The notes below the pieces were generated by a model that saw nothing but the letters and a program-made list of their open reading frames with translations, was not told the DNA's origin and did no database searches. Made by a program: the position numbers and the translations under genes. From a virus, in the IMG/VR virus record IMGVR_UViG_3300029527_000003, positions 1 to 42,168 of that record: a stretch of DNA of 42,168 bases. One strand, given 5' to 3'. Shown here piece after piece: positions 14,062 through 23,229 of this stretch (its first letter is position 1; each line of letters opens with the position of its first letter).

Positions 14062-14116
14062 TGCTAAAATGGCCGTTTTGGGCCACTTTTGGGAATATGT
14101 AGTGCTGCTCATAGTC

Positions 14117-14458
14117 TTACTCCTTACTCAGTGCCGCCTTCATGCGGTCAAAGAAAAACTGGATCACCCGCCCGATGGTCTCATCGGTGATGGCCCAGCT
14201 GATGAGCTTGCCGTATTTGCTGGCGCTCAGAGCGGCCCGGAGCATCTTGACGACCCACGCCTTGCGCTCTGCGCCGCGCTTTGTCCCCTGGATCTCCTGC
14301 TCAGCCCTCTCGATGAGGTCAAGCACCAGAGGCTTCACGGCGGCGCCGTAGCCCAGCCGGATGCAGCCAAGGGCGTAGAAAATAAAGCCGCCCAGCATCA
14401 GCACTGCCGCCACCGGGGCAGGGATAAGGTCAAAAAGCTTAGTTGCCAGTGCTTCCAT
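14117..14458 (-). CDS. Holin (LL-H-like pattern)
   Basis: N-terminal TM LIPAPVAAVLMLGGFIFYALGCI, then QGTKRGAERKAWVVKMLRAAL. Adjacent to the endolysin. RBS AAAGGAG. Confidence 0.65.
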   Translation of the reverse strand: MEALATKLFDLIPAPVAAVLMLGGFIFYALGCIRLGYGAAVKPLVLDLIERAEQEIQGTKRGAERKAWVVKMLRAALSASKYGKLISWAITDETIGRVIQFFFDRMKAALSKE

Positions 14459-14831
14459 GATTGGTCACTCCTTTTAACAGATAGTTGTCGATGTCGGCGC
14501 GGCTCTTCTGCATCCCCTCGCGATTGTTGCCGGACAGCTGCGCGTCCAGCAGATTGCGCACCCCGTCGAGGGTCAGACGGCTCACCTCGTCGATTTCTTC
14601 AAAGCGGCGCAGGTCACGGGCAAGGGCTTGTGTGTGCTGAAGCTGGCCCTGCTCCAAGGTGCCGATGCGCTTGTCCAGCTCATCCAGCCGCTTGTTCTGC
14701 GCGTTGTCCGGCTCCTGCGCCTTTTTGATGTACTTGTGGATAATTTCCAGCACCTTGTCGATGGTGATGGCTGCAGCGCACAGGCTGCCCAGGATGCCCA
14801 GTACCCACAGCAAAGCTTCTTTTTCGCTCAT
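14439..14831 (-). CDS. Membrane-anchored coiled-coil lysis-associated protein
   Basis: N-terminal TM ALLWVLGILGSLCAAAITI plus a coiled coil. It lies between the endolysin and the holin, and its start overlaps the endolysin stop. Confidence 0.55.
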   Translation of the reverse strand: MSEKEALLWVLGILGSLCAAAITIDKVLEIIHKYIKKAQEPDNAQNKRLDELDKRIGTLEQGQLQHTQALARDLRRFEEIDEVSRLTLDGVRNLLDAQLSGNNREGMQKSRADIDNYLLKGVTNHGSTGN

Positions 14832-15631
14832 GCGCCCTCCCGGAGACGGGTCAGACCCTTCTTGCGGATGATTTTGGGATAGTTGATCTCTGTCACGTTG
14901 AGGTCTGCGTTGCCCGTGATGCCCGGAACGCTGCCCTTGCTGGTGTGCTGGTGGGCGTTGTAGGCAAAATCGACCTTGGGGGTCTTGCCGGTATAGTCCG
15001 CCAGCCAGACGTCATAAGGCTTGAGGGCCGCACCGCCCACATAGAGACGCGCCTTTGCGAAGCTGGTGTAGGTGTACAGCTGGGCGTAAAAGCCCATCTG
15101 CTCTACCTCATGCAGAGCATAGGCGGTCAGGTCAGTCAGGCTCTGCTTGTCCAGATTGCCCAGCCGGTTGTCCTCCACGTCCACCGCCACAGGCAGGGTC
15201 AGCTCCTTGCCCCGCAGCGCCTGCCGCAGCAGGGCGAGCTCTGCATCAGCCATGGCCTCGCTGGTAGCGTAGGTGTAGTAGTACACGCCCACGTCCAGCC
15301 CGGCAGCCCGGGCGTTGCGGTAGTTGGTCTCAAAGGTCGGGTCGATGTACAGGCCGTCTGCCCGCTTGGAGAGCTTGCGGTTGGTGCTCACGGTCTTGAG
15401 CATTGCCCCCTTGTAGCCCGCCGCAGCCACCTGCGCCCAGTCGATAAGGCCCTGATACCGGCTCACGTCCACAAAGCGATAGGGCGGCGCACCGGTCCAG
15501 CCGGTCACAGCCTCTGCCCCGGGGGGTTCGGGAGGCTCCGGTGCGGGCTTTGCCTCTTCGGCATCCTGCTTGTCCCCGGGGCCAAAGATGGCCCGCACCA
15601 GCTTTTCCAGAAGTTGCAGCAGCTTACCCAT
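14828..15631 (-). CDS. Endolysin, GH25 muramidase
   Basis: FVDVSRYQGLIDWAQVAAAGYKGAMLK...GVYYYTYA...LPVAVDVE is a typical GH25 signature. A Pro-rich linker follows the N-terminal helix. Confidence 0.85.
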   Translation of the reverse strand: MGKLLQLLEKLVRAIFGPGDKQDAEEAKPAPEPPEPPGAEAVTGWTGAPPYRFVDVSRYQGLIDWAQVAAAGYKGAMLKTVSTNRKLSKRADGLYIDPTFETNYRNARAAGLDVGVYYYTYATSEAMADAELALLRQALRGKELTLPVAVDVEDNRLGNLDKQSLTDLTAYALHEVEQMGFYAQLYTYTSFAKARLYVGGAALKPYDVWLADYTGKTPKVDFAYNAHQHTSKGSVPGITGNADLNVTEINYPKIIRKKGLTRLREGA

Positions 15632-15791
15632 CGTAGTCCTCCCCCGTGATCTCCTTATACCGCTCTGCGTCGATCTCGCCGTCGGTCACCCGCCTCGCCA
15701 GCTCGGCTTTGACTCTGGGGCGGCGGCTTGCGGGCATCTCTGCCCAGGTCTTGGTACCGGCAATCAATCTGTTTGCCCAGATTTTGTCCAT
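15624..15791 (-). CDS. XkdX-like small tail/lysis-region protein
   Basis: ATG at 15791 follows AAGGAGGA. Sequence: MDKIWANRLIAGTKTWAEMPASRRPRVKAELARRVTDGEIDAERYKEITGEDY. Confidence 0.55.
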   Translation of the reverse strand: MDKIWANRLIAGTKTWAEMPASRRPRVKAELARRVTDGEIDAERYKEITGEDYDG

Positions 15792-15804
15792 TTTGATGTC
15801 CTCC

Positions 15805-15999
15805 TTACTTGTTGACGGCGGCATCCAGCTCGCACAGCGAGTCTTCGATGGTCGCCATCCGCTCTTCCGATGCCATGTCCTGCTCACACAGGGCGTCCTC
15901 AATGGCGGCCACCTGCTCCGGGAGCTTCCGCAGCTTCTCTTTTTCGGCCTGCTTCTTATGCTGCTCCTTCAGGCTCTGCTTGTTGTAGTATACGCTCAT
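15805..15999 (-). CDS. Small coiled-coil protein
   Basis: The ATG overlaps the upstream stop (ATGA). Sequence: MSVYYNKQSLKEQHKKQAEKEKLRKLPEQVAAIEDALCEQDMASEERMATIEDSLCELDAAVNK. Confidence 0.5.
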   Translation of the reverse strand: MSVYYNKQSLKEQHKKQAEKEKLRKLPEQVAAIEDALCEQDMASEERMATIEDSLCELDAAVNK

Positions 16000-17318
16000 C
16001 CGATAACACCTCCGATCATGGTGATATTGCCGCCGACGCCGGAAGCTCCTCGGGCAATCGTCACCTTGTAGTTGAATGCAAAGCCCCGGGCGGCGGTCTT
16101 GTTGGTAAAGACGTGGTGTACAAAAGCCCGGCTCTCGCCGCGCTGGATGTCGGTACAGTTCTCCCACACGGGGCTGTCGTCTAAGGCGTTGTTGGTCATT
16201 TCCACGCTGAGGCTCAGGTCTGTCGGCAGGGTGCCTTCCAGCGTCATGGAGGCTACCGTAATGGTGTCGTCTGCCGTCAGCGGCTGGGCCAGCGAGAGGA
16301 CGGCACGGGTCACGTTTTTGGTAAAGGTAGCGGTCCACTCTGTCGTGGTCTTTCCGTCGTCCGCTTCCAACACCAATTTGTTCTCCCCGTTGAGGACCTG
16401 CTGGAACAGCGCCTTCTCGCTCAGGCGCTGTACCGTGAGTTCGGTGCCGGAGGCCACGTTTTCGCGGACGGCCATCTCCACACCGTTCACCTTTTCGACG
16501 ATGCGCATGGGGTCTCCGTCGCCGTCGGTCACGGTGTAGGACAGAGTAAACGGCTCGTTCTTCTCGCCCAGTGCCACGCCGCTCTCGCCCACATCGGAAG
16601 TGATTTCCGGCGGCTGGTTTTCCGTAGGGAAGCCGTCTTTGTCGATGTACAGCGTCTCCGGCAGGGTGAAACAGGGAAGATAGCCGATATTATAATTGTA
16701 AGCCTGTTCAAGATTGAAACTAGCCCCACTTGCGCTACTTACGTACATACCATTGGCAAAGTAATATATACTATCGCCGTCGCTATCGGTACGGTGGTCC
16801 GTATAGGTTGGTCCAGGGCTTCTTGTCCAAAAGGCACCATAAGAGCGTATGGCTGCTAATCGAGTACGTGCCGCAGTAGAAAGAGTCGTACCGTCCGAAT
16901 AGTTATAACTCCCAAAGCGCGATACCCCCAATTCCACTGACGAGATTGCAAAAAAGCTAAAGCCAGCACTGGTCACATCCATATTATAACTAGGACTGCT
17001 GTTGCCAAGAGGATTATGCAAGCTGTTAACATGGATTTTCGTACTCCCAATCCAGCTTTTCACAGTCGTTGTGAAGTTGGCCAAATAAGTATTCCTATAA
17101 TATGAACACTCCAAACAGCTGGGCCAATAAGAAGCGTCGGACCTACTATTTCCTGTTCGTGTGCCTTTCGTCGCCGGACTCTCCCGGCAAAACATCGTCC
17201 GCCCTTTGCCGTTCAGGCTGGACTCATAGTTGTGGGCCAGCACGTAAAACTTGACTTTTGTGCTGCCTTCCATCAGGTATACAAAGCCGTCACCAACGGC
17301 TAAGTCTTTGATCTGCAT
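15996..17318 (-). CDS. Tail fiber / receptor-binding protein candidate with an AT-rich N-terminal module
   Basis: Last large tail gene. The N-half contains FFAISSVELG...AFWTRSPG...YLPCFTL, which I recall as a DUF6273-like pattern. The C-half is beta-rich and Ig-like. Confidence 0.6.
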   Translation of the reverse strand: MQIKDLAVGDGFVYLMEGSTKVKFYVLAHNYESSLNGKGRTMFCRESPATKGTRTGNSRSDASYWPSCLECSYYRNTYLANFTTTVKSWIGSTKIHVNSLHNPLGNSSPSYNMDVTSAGFSFFAISSVELGVSRFGSYNYSDGTTLSTAARTRLAAIRSYGAFWTRSPGPTYTDHRTDSDGDSIYYFANGMYVSSASGASFNLEQAYNYNIGYLPCFTLPETLYIDKDGFPTENQPPEITSDVGESGVALGEKNEPFTLSYTVTDGDGDPMRIVEKVNGVEMAVRENVASGTELTVQRLSEKALFQQVLNGENKLVLEADDGKTTTEWTATFTKNVTRAVLSLAQPLTADDTITVASMTLEGTLPTDLSLSVEMTNNALDDSPVWENCTDIQRGESRAFVHHVFTNKTAARGFAFNYKVTIARGASGVGGNITMIGGVIG

Positions 17319-17338
17319 ATTTCTGATCCTCCTTCCCC

Positions 17339-17950
17339 TTAAAAATCAATGCGGCTCATCGCCTTGTTCCACACTCCATCCAGTGCCACGCCATCCAGCG
17401 TATCAAATGCCGAGACGAAACTGATACCGTTTAGATCTGTGCCATGCACCATCTCCAACAGTTTGATGCGCACGCCGGTGGCCGCAGCGTCCGCAGCAGC
17501 GCCGGAGATGGTGAGGGTCTTGTCGGTCTCGATTTTGATAGCGTTGATGCGGTCGCCGGTGGCTTTGGCGTCTGCGGGTGCGCCCGAGATGGTGAGGGTG
17601 GGGTCGGTGGTGACGCGGCCCTCGGTCTCCTTGGCAGCCGCCTCTGCCCGCTTGGCAGACTCCGCAGCGGCAGCTTTGGAGCTTTCAGCGGCCTCGGCCT
17701 GCTGCGTGGCAGTCTCGGCCTGCTGCGTGGCAATGCCTGCCTGCTGTTCCGCAGCCTGAGCAGAGGCGGCGGCGGCTTCCTTGGCCTCGGCGGCAGCTCC
17801 GGCGCTGGCTGCGGCCTCGTCTGCCTTTTGGGTAGCGGTGGAGGCAAAGCCCTCCACATACTCAAGGCTTTCAGCCATGGCCTCCCGCACCTCGACGCCC
17901 CGCTTTGCCTTGCGGATGTCGTTGATGTTTTCTTCGAAAGTTTTGTTCAC
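17339..17950 (-). CDS. Tail fiber-associated Ala/Glu/Gln-rich coiled-coil protein
   Basis: GTG start overlaps the upstream stop. Repeated motif TLTISGAPADAKATGD / TLTISGAAADAAATG. Confidence 0.55.
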   Translation of the reverse strand: MNKTFEENINDIRKAKRGVEVREAMAESLEYVEGFASTATQKADEAAASAGAAAEAKEAAAASAQAAEQQAGIATQQAETATQQAEAAESSKAAAAESAKRAEAAAKETEGRVTTDPTLTISGAPADAKATGDRINAIKIETDKTLTISGAAADAAATGVRIKLLEMVHGTDLNGISFVSAFDTLDGVALDGVWNKAMSRIDF

Positions 17951-18450
17951 AGGCTCTTTACCTCCGTAGGCTCGTCATAGATGACGTCCTCATCAAAATA
18001 AAAATCGTCCCACAGCCAATCTGCGCCCGCGTAGGCGGTGGCATTGTACTTGTAGGGATTGCAGGTGCCGGTGATGGAAAATGTGCCGGTATGCCGGTCT
18101 CTGCTCTGGGGCGACACTGTCCACAGGCCCACCCAGAAGTTGGCCGGGTCTTCGTCCAGCACGCAGCGCAGCCACTGCCCCTGCAAGGCGTTTTCGAGGA
18201 CGCTCTGCACCTTGCGGCGCTCATCCGGCGGAGCCTTACATTTGAGGTCAAGCCGGATGGTGCGCTGAAGGTAGTGTACTTTGCCGTCCACGGCCCGGGT
18301 GAGGTCGAGCAGAAAATCGCCGCCCGGCACTTGCACAAGCTTTTTGTCCGGCTCAGCCCCGGAGATGAGCGGGCTGCCAACCAACAGGTAAAGGCCGAGG
18401 TCGTCCAAGGTGTGCAGAGAGCCGATTTTTGCCCCCATGAGCTTGCCCAT
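17947..18450 (-). CDS. Distal-tail-protein (Dit / Sipho_tail)-like protein
   Basis: ATG at 18450 follows AAAGGAG. Pattern HTLDDLGLYLL...AEPDKKLVQVPGGDFLLDLT...HYLQRTIRLDL...FSITGTCNPYKY. Confidence 0.55.
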   Translation of the reverse strand: MGKLMGAKIGSLHTLDDLGLYLLVGSPLISGAEPDKKLVQVPGGDFLLDLTRAVDGKVHYLQRTIRLDLKCKAPPDERRKVQSVLENALQGQWLRCVLDEDPANFWVGLWTVSPQSRDRHTGTFSITGTCNPYKYNATAYAGADWLWDDFYFDEDVIYDEPTEVKSL

Positions 18451-18465
18451 AAAAATCACGCTCCT

Positions 18466-20280
18466 TTACATAAAGCCCTGCAGCGCCTCCGGGCGGCAGG
18501 CAGTATCATCCTGCACCCATGCGCCTGCCGCCGTCTGTCGGTATCCGCTGCCAAAGGTCACGCCGCTTTCGGACGCCTTGACGTCCCGCCGCTGGGCCAG
18601 AGCGCCGGGGAAGAGGATGGAGTAGGTCTTGCCGTTCACCGGCAGCACCGCAAAGGCTCGGCCCCTGCCCCCGGCAGCAGCCCACGCCGCGGCGTCTCCG
18701 TCGTAGGTGAGCAGCACCGCCGCATAGCCGGAGAGGTCTGTGCTCGTGGTCTGGGCCGCAAAGGTGGAGCCCGACCAGCTTTGCAGCTTGGTGCCGTTTT
18801 TCACGCCGGAGAATGTCAGGCCGTCCGTCCCGAAGTGGATGTTGGCCGTGATGCTGGCGTGGCCAACGGTCATGCCGGAGGCGGGTGTGTAGTCGATAAA
18901 GTCGCTGGCCGTCTTGCCCGCCTGTGTGGTGTCCACCTGCGTGGCGCTGGCGTAGCGGCTGGTGGATGCCGTCTTTTCGGAGAGCTCGTTGGTCACGCCA
19001 AGATTTGCCACGGCCCGGTCAGTGAGGGTGCGCCGGGTCATGCCAAAGGTGTACTCCTTCTTCTCCGGGTGGTCGAGCGGCTCCACAAGCTTGGTGCAGA
19101 GCATGATAACGTCGATGCTGTGGGGCTTGCTGATGATATGGGCAAAGCTGGCAAAGGTCAGCCGCTCGGTATCATAGCCCGCGTCCACAAGGTCAACGGC
19201 CTTGACCTCATAGCTCATGGTCATGAGGTCGTTCTTTTCCAGGTCCTGCACCGCGGCGGCAAAGGTGGCGTCGCTGCTGTCCGTGTCAAACTCCCTGATT
19301 TTTGAGACCACGCCAAACTTTTTCACGGCCTCGTCGTTCTGGATCCACCCGTACTCCCGATTCCAGCTGTAACCCTTCTTCGGGAGGTACTTGTCCACGG
19401 CGCTCTGGCTCGTGCCGTTGATGCCGTAGCGCTCTTCGTGGGTGCCGGTCGTCACGGTAGTCGAGCCCCACTTAAACCAGAGGAATTTATACTTCCACTG
19501 GGTCTTGGTCTCTTCGACAGTGTGCTTGTTGCCCATCGGCCAGATGCGGGTGAAAAGGTCGTTGGTGTCGGTCTTTTCGGTGAAATCCAGCAGATTCACG
19601 CCATATTCGATGTTCTGGGCGGTCTGCCGGTCAGCCTCGTATGCCTGGTCACAGTAGTTGAGCACGTTCATGCCGGTAGTGGAGTTATAGGTGCAGTAAG
19701 CGTAGCCGCCGTAGGTCTTGAGCACCATTTTGCTGATGATGTCCCAGGTGCTTCCGTAGTCCTCGCCCACGCCGTACTGGTTGCGGTCGCCGTAGCTCAC
19801 CACAAGGTCGCCGAGGGCGGCAGTCACCCTTCCCAGCTCAAACTTTTTCATCTTGTCGTAGCTGGTCTGCTCCTCGTAGCCATTGCCGCCGGAGATCTGG
19901 GAGTTGTGGGCTTTGATGAGGTATTCTAAAAAATCTCTCAGCTTGCCCTCGTAGTTGAAAGGGGTAATGCAGCTGTCATTGAAATAGCTGAGAGCCCCCT
20001 CGCAGTAGATGACCCGGCGGTTGAGCCAGTCGGCTTCGTGGCTGAGTACACGTCCTCGCCATATCTCCTTGCCGTCCTGATGCACTGCCACAGCGGTGGA
20101 CATCTTCTGCATGGATTCATAGCAGGGGTGGGTGCGCAGCATGGTAAAAGTAAGGCTGCCGCCCTTGCTCACCTCGCGGGTAAGCTTGGGCGACAGCACC
20201 ACAGCCTGTCGGTTGCCCGGCTGATAGACGGTCAGCTTGTTTTCGGGGTCACCGTAGGGATATGCAAAAATCTCGTACAT
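18466..20280 (-). CDS. Tal-like tail tip protein (prophage tail endopeptidase-type N-domain)
   Basis: ATG at 20280 lies 1 nt after the TMP stop. The N-domain reads LSPKLTREVSKGGSLTFTM...VAVHQDGKEIWRGRVL...VIYCEGALSYFNDS. Confidence 0.6.
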   Translation of the reverse strand: MYEIFAYPYGDPENKLTVYQPGNRQAVVLSPKLTREVSKGGSLTFTMLRTHPCYESMQKMSTAVAVHQDGKEIWRGRVLSHEADWLNRRVIYCEGALSYFNDSCITPFNYEGKLRDFLEYLIKAHNSQISGGNGYEEQTSYDKMKKFELGRVTAALGDLVVSYGDRNQYGVGEDYGSTWDIISKMVLKTYGGYAYCTYNSTTGMNVLNYCDQAYEADRQTAQNIEYGVNLLDFTEKTDTNDLFTRIWPMGNKHTVEETKTQWKYKFLWFKWGSTTVTTGTHEERYGINGTSQSAVDKYLPKKGYSWNREYGWIQNDEAVKKFGVVSKIREFDTDSSDATFAAAVQDLEKNDLMTMSYEVKAVDLVDAGYDTERLTFASFAHIISKPHSIDVIMLCTKLVEPLDHPEKKEYTFGMTRRTLTDRAVANLGVTNELSEKTASTSRYASATQVDTTQAGKTASDFIDYTPASGMTVGHASITANIHFGTDGLTFSGVKNGTKLQSWSGSTFAAQTTSTDLSGYAAVLLTYDGDAAAWAAAGGRGRAFAVLPVNGKTYSILFPGALAQRRDVKASESGVTFGSGYRQTAAGAWVQDDTACRPEALQGFM

Positions 20281-20281
20281 C

Positions 20282-23164
20282 TCAGTTGCCCCTTTCTGCA
20301 AGCATCTGGATATGGCCCAGCTGGTCGTTCATACCGGGGGCGAGAGCGCCCACAATGGTGCCGTCATCCAGCACGATCTGCTGATTTGCCACGTCGGGCA
20401 GATACTGCTCCACTACAGTGCTCAGCTTTGCAAGCTGGGCTTGTATCTCTGCCTGATATTTGGGGACGGAATTGTTGTTGGGGTTGTAGGTAAAGGGGTC
20501 GCTGCGGTAGTCGTAGCCCGCAAAAGCCCGCTCGTTGCCGTACCAGTAGGCGTCCTGAATGTCCAGATAGCTCATGGCGCCAGACGAGGCGCTTTCTGCT
20601 GCAGCAGACGAAGACGAGGACTTTTTGCCAAACTTTTTGCCGAAGAAGTAGCTGAGCCAGCCGACAGGGCCGGTGGCCGCCAGAAGTGCGCCGGAAAGGA
20701 GCTTGCTTCCCAAAGAGCGCTCTTCGCCAGAATCCTCGCGGGCGCGGGCATTCTGGCCCATCTTGAAGCCTATAACGCCCTCCGCGATGACAGCCAGCAC
20801 AGCAAGGCACTCCGGGAAGAAGGAGGCCGCTCCGCCCGCTGCGGACGCAATGGCCTGCCCGGCCCCGGCTTCACCGGCAGCCGCCGCAGCCTTTGTACCG
20901 CCGCCGAACAGCTTGAGGATGCTGCTGACGATGCCGCCAGAGCCTCCGGTGCCGGAAAGGCCCTTCATGGCGGCGGCAAAGCTCTGCACCTCTTTGGTGG
21001 AGCCGTTGACCGCCGGGGTGATGCCGTTGCTGAAGAGGCCTGCAATGCTCTGCAGCGCCCCCTGAATGCCGCCCTGCGCGTAGTGCTCATTGATGGCGGT
21101 CATTGCATCGTCTGCCCATTTCAGAATGGTGTTTCGCTGCTCTTGCGTCACCTGTCCGAAAATGACCTTTACCACATCCCCGGCGATGGCCTTGCCGTCT
21201 TTGTTTTTGATGTCAGTAAAGAGAGACTTCACCAGCCCGAAAATGCCTTTGTCAGACTGCCCCTGAATCTCGGAGATATACTTTTCGGTGCGGGAAAGCG
21301 CAGCCTGAATACTTTTTTCGGCCTCTTCGGTGTCGGTCTTGGTATTCTGGAGCACACCGTCGATATAGGTGTTGATGGTTTTGGTGGTCCGGGCCACGCC
21401 ATCGACGATGTTTTCTTCGGTGATGGTCTCAGTCTTTTCGATGTGCTCGGAGCCGTCGGCGTATTTTTTGGTGACCTCCTGAATCGCTGTTGTCACGCCG
21501 CCCTCTACCTTGCTGGTGGTGCGGGTCAGGGTGGCCGCCAACATTTTCGACATATCGTCGTATGTCTTTGTGGTTTTGGTCACCACGCCGTTGACCTTGG
21601 TCTCCACCTGTTTATAGGTGGTCTCGATGCCGTTGACCATCTCCTTGCCGGTCTCGGTGGTGGTCTCGGTGATGCGGTCTTTGATGCTGCCCGCGCTGTC
21701 CTTGACCTTTTCGCTCAGAGTCTGGATGCTGGTGGTCACGGTGCCGAGGGAATTCTGAGCGGTGGTTGTAACCGTTCTGGAGATGGACGAAATGACCGTT
21801 TCGGTGGTGGACTTTGAGCCAGGCTTGCCGCTGGAAGAGCTCCCGCCGCTGCCGCCAGTGGGGATGGAGCTGCCGCCGGTGCCAGCGGCAGCAGCAAGCT
21901 CAGCCTGCCGCTCAGACCAGCTCTTGTTGCTGATGCCGACACCCTCTAATGCATCCTGCCGCAGCCGGTCGCGGTTGCGCTGCTTCTGCTGGTCGGCGGC
22001 ATATTCTTCGTAGGTGTCAAAATCGGCAGTTGCCGCTTTGCCAAGAAATCGGTTGAGCTTGTAACTCAACTGGTCAAGCCAAGTCACTGCAGAGGATGCA
22101 AAGTCGTCAAACTTATCCTTTGCGCTGCTGATGGGGTCAGACAGGCCAGTAATAGCCCCGGCAAGTCCGATCCAGCCGTCGGTTTTATACGCCTCTATGG
22201 CGGCCACAGTCATATCATTAAGATTTGAGATGACCATTCCGATGCCATTGGACAAATCGCCGGTCATAAGGCCAGCCAACTGGCTCACGTTATCTTTCAG
22301 GGTTGACACACGGCCATTCATGGTCTGGCTTTGGGTGTCCATGGCGTTGTAATATCGCCCGCCCTCTTCGCTGGCCGCGATGAGTGCCTGAGACAGGGTA
22401 TCGTAGCTGATGGTCATGTTCTGGACTTCCTGCACCGATTTCCCGGTGTAGTCGGCCAGAACCTGATAGACATTGATACCGGCATAGGCAAACTGCTTGA
22501 TGTCGATGGCGGACGCCTTGCCCACGTTGGCGATCTGCTGCAAGTTTGCCGACATGCGGGACAGCTCTGCATTGCCGCCGCCTGTAGCCGAAACAGCGTC
22601 GCCCAGCGCCATGATGACCTTGCGGGAGTAACCCGCGTTTTCACCGGCGCTGATGAGAAGCTGGTTAGCCTGTGTCAGGCTCGCCACATCAAAGGGGGTG
22701 CGGGCGGCATCCTCCTGAATGGCGTCCATGGCCGCTTTGGCCGCTTCAGCGCTGCCCAGCATGTTGGTAAAGCCGGTTGTGTAGCTTTCCAGCTGGGCGT
22801 TATACTGGATACCGGTCTGGATAAAATCCTTGGCCGCAGACAGGGCCATGGAGCTTACTTTGGAGATGACGCCGGTAAGCAGGTTGGCTTTGATGATGGC
22901 TCCGGTGAGAGAGCCGCTGGCGGTCTCAGATGAACCGCCAAACTCCGTCATGCCGATGTTAGCCGATTTCAGAGCCGAGGTGGTCTCTTTCAGCTCGGCT
23001 CGGGCAGAGGCCAGAGCAGCTTTCAGCTCCTTGGTCTGCGCAGAGGTGCGCCCGGTCTTTTCAGCCGATTCGTTGTATCGCTTTGTCAGCTCGGCGACTT
23101 TCTGCGCTGCTTTGCTGTACTCGGAGCCCAGCTCCGTGACAACTCTTTTGGTGCTGTTCTGCAC
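20282..23164 (-). CDS. Tail tape measure protein
   Basis: 960 aa directly after the chaperone pair. Core reads GDAVSATGGGNAELSRMSANLQQIANVGKASAIDIKQFAYAGINVY. The start is uncertain: GTG 23164 has no RBS and the frame stays open up to about 23227. Confidence 0.85.
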   Translation of the reverse strand: MQNSTKRVVTELGSEYSKAAQKVAELTKRYNESAEKTGRTSAQTKELKAALASARAELKETTSALKSANIGMTEFGGSSETASGSLTGAIIKANLLTGVISKVSSMALSAAKDFIQTGIQYNAQLESYTTGFTNMLGSAEAAKAAMDAIQEDAARTPFDVASLTQANQLLISAGENAGYSRKVIMALGDAVSATGGGNAELSRMSANLQQIANVGKASAIDIKQFAYAGINVYQVLADYTGKSVQEVQNMTISYDTLSQALIAASEEGGRYYNAMDTQSQTMNGRVSTLKDNVSQLAGLMTGDLSNGIGMVISNLNDMTVAAIEAYKTDGWIGLAGAITGLSDPISSAKDKFDDFASSAVTWLDQLSYKLNRFLGKAATADFDTYEEYAADQQKQRNRDRLRQDALEGVGISNKSWSERQAELAAAAGTGGSSIPTGGSGGSSSSGKPGSKSTTETVISSISRTVTTTAQNSLGTVTTSIQTLSEKVKDSAGSIKDRITETTTETGKEMVNGIETTYKQVETKVNGVVTKTTKTYDDMSKMLAATLTRTTSKVEGGVTTAIQEVTKKYADGSEHIEKTETITEENIVDGVARTTKTINTYIDGVLQNTKTDTEEAEKSIQAALSRTEKYISEIQGQSDKGIFGLVKSLFTDIKNKDGKAIAGDVVKVIFGQVTQEQRNTILKWADDAMTAINEHYAQGGIQGALQSIAGLFSNGITPAVNGSTKEVQSFAAAMKGLSGTGGSGGIVSSILKLFGGGTKAAAAAGEAGAGQAIASAAGGAASFFPECLAVLAVIAEGVIGFKMGQNARAREDSGEERSLGSKLLSGALLAATGPVGWLSYFFGKKFGKKSSSSSAAAESASSGAMSYLDIQDAYWYGNERAFAGYDYRSDPFTYNPNNNSVPKYQAEIQAQLAKLSTVVEQYLPDVANQQIVLDDGTIVGALAPGMNDQLGHIQMLAERGN

Positions 23165-23229
23165 GTTTTGGATGCTCTGCCGGTAAGCAGAATCATCCAG
23201 CGACAGAGTCGCCTCCAGATTAAAGATGT

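Noticed and set aside
13861-14112. An 83-aa ORF starting 5 nt after the holin stop, with a good AAGGAG RBS.
   Set aside because: It runs through a 16-bp-stem hairpin, and its distal half is a Gly/Ala/Arg-rich sequence overlapping another frame. It may be spurious or a remnant. See the finding for 13683-14112.
15996-17318. A diversity-generating retroelement acting on the receptor-binding protein.
   Set aside because: No reverse transcriptase ORF is present, and I could not find a template-repeat/variable-repeat pair anywhere in the window.
18091-19305. Long plus-strand ORFs antisense to the structural genes. Examples are 18091..19305 (404 aa), 20312..21817 (501 aa), 25656..26849 (397 aa), 30126..30983 and 31235..32911 (558 aa).
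   Set aside because: They lie opposite well-supported minus-strand genes and lack RBSs. Their composition is Arg/Gly/Ala/Leu-rich and low-complexity, typical of stop-poor antisense frames in GC-rich DNA.
23165-23229. A possible upstream non-canonical start (CTG after GGAGG) for the tape measure protein. GTG 23164 has no RBS, and the frame is open from about 23227.
   Set aside because: This cannot be decided from sequence alone. The annotated start was kept and the uncertainty noted.
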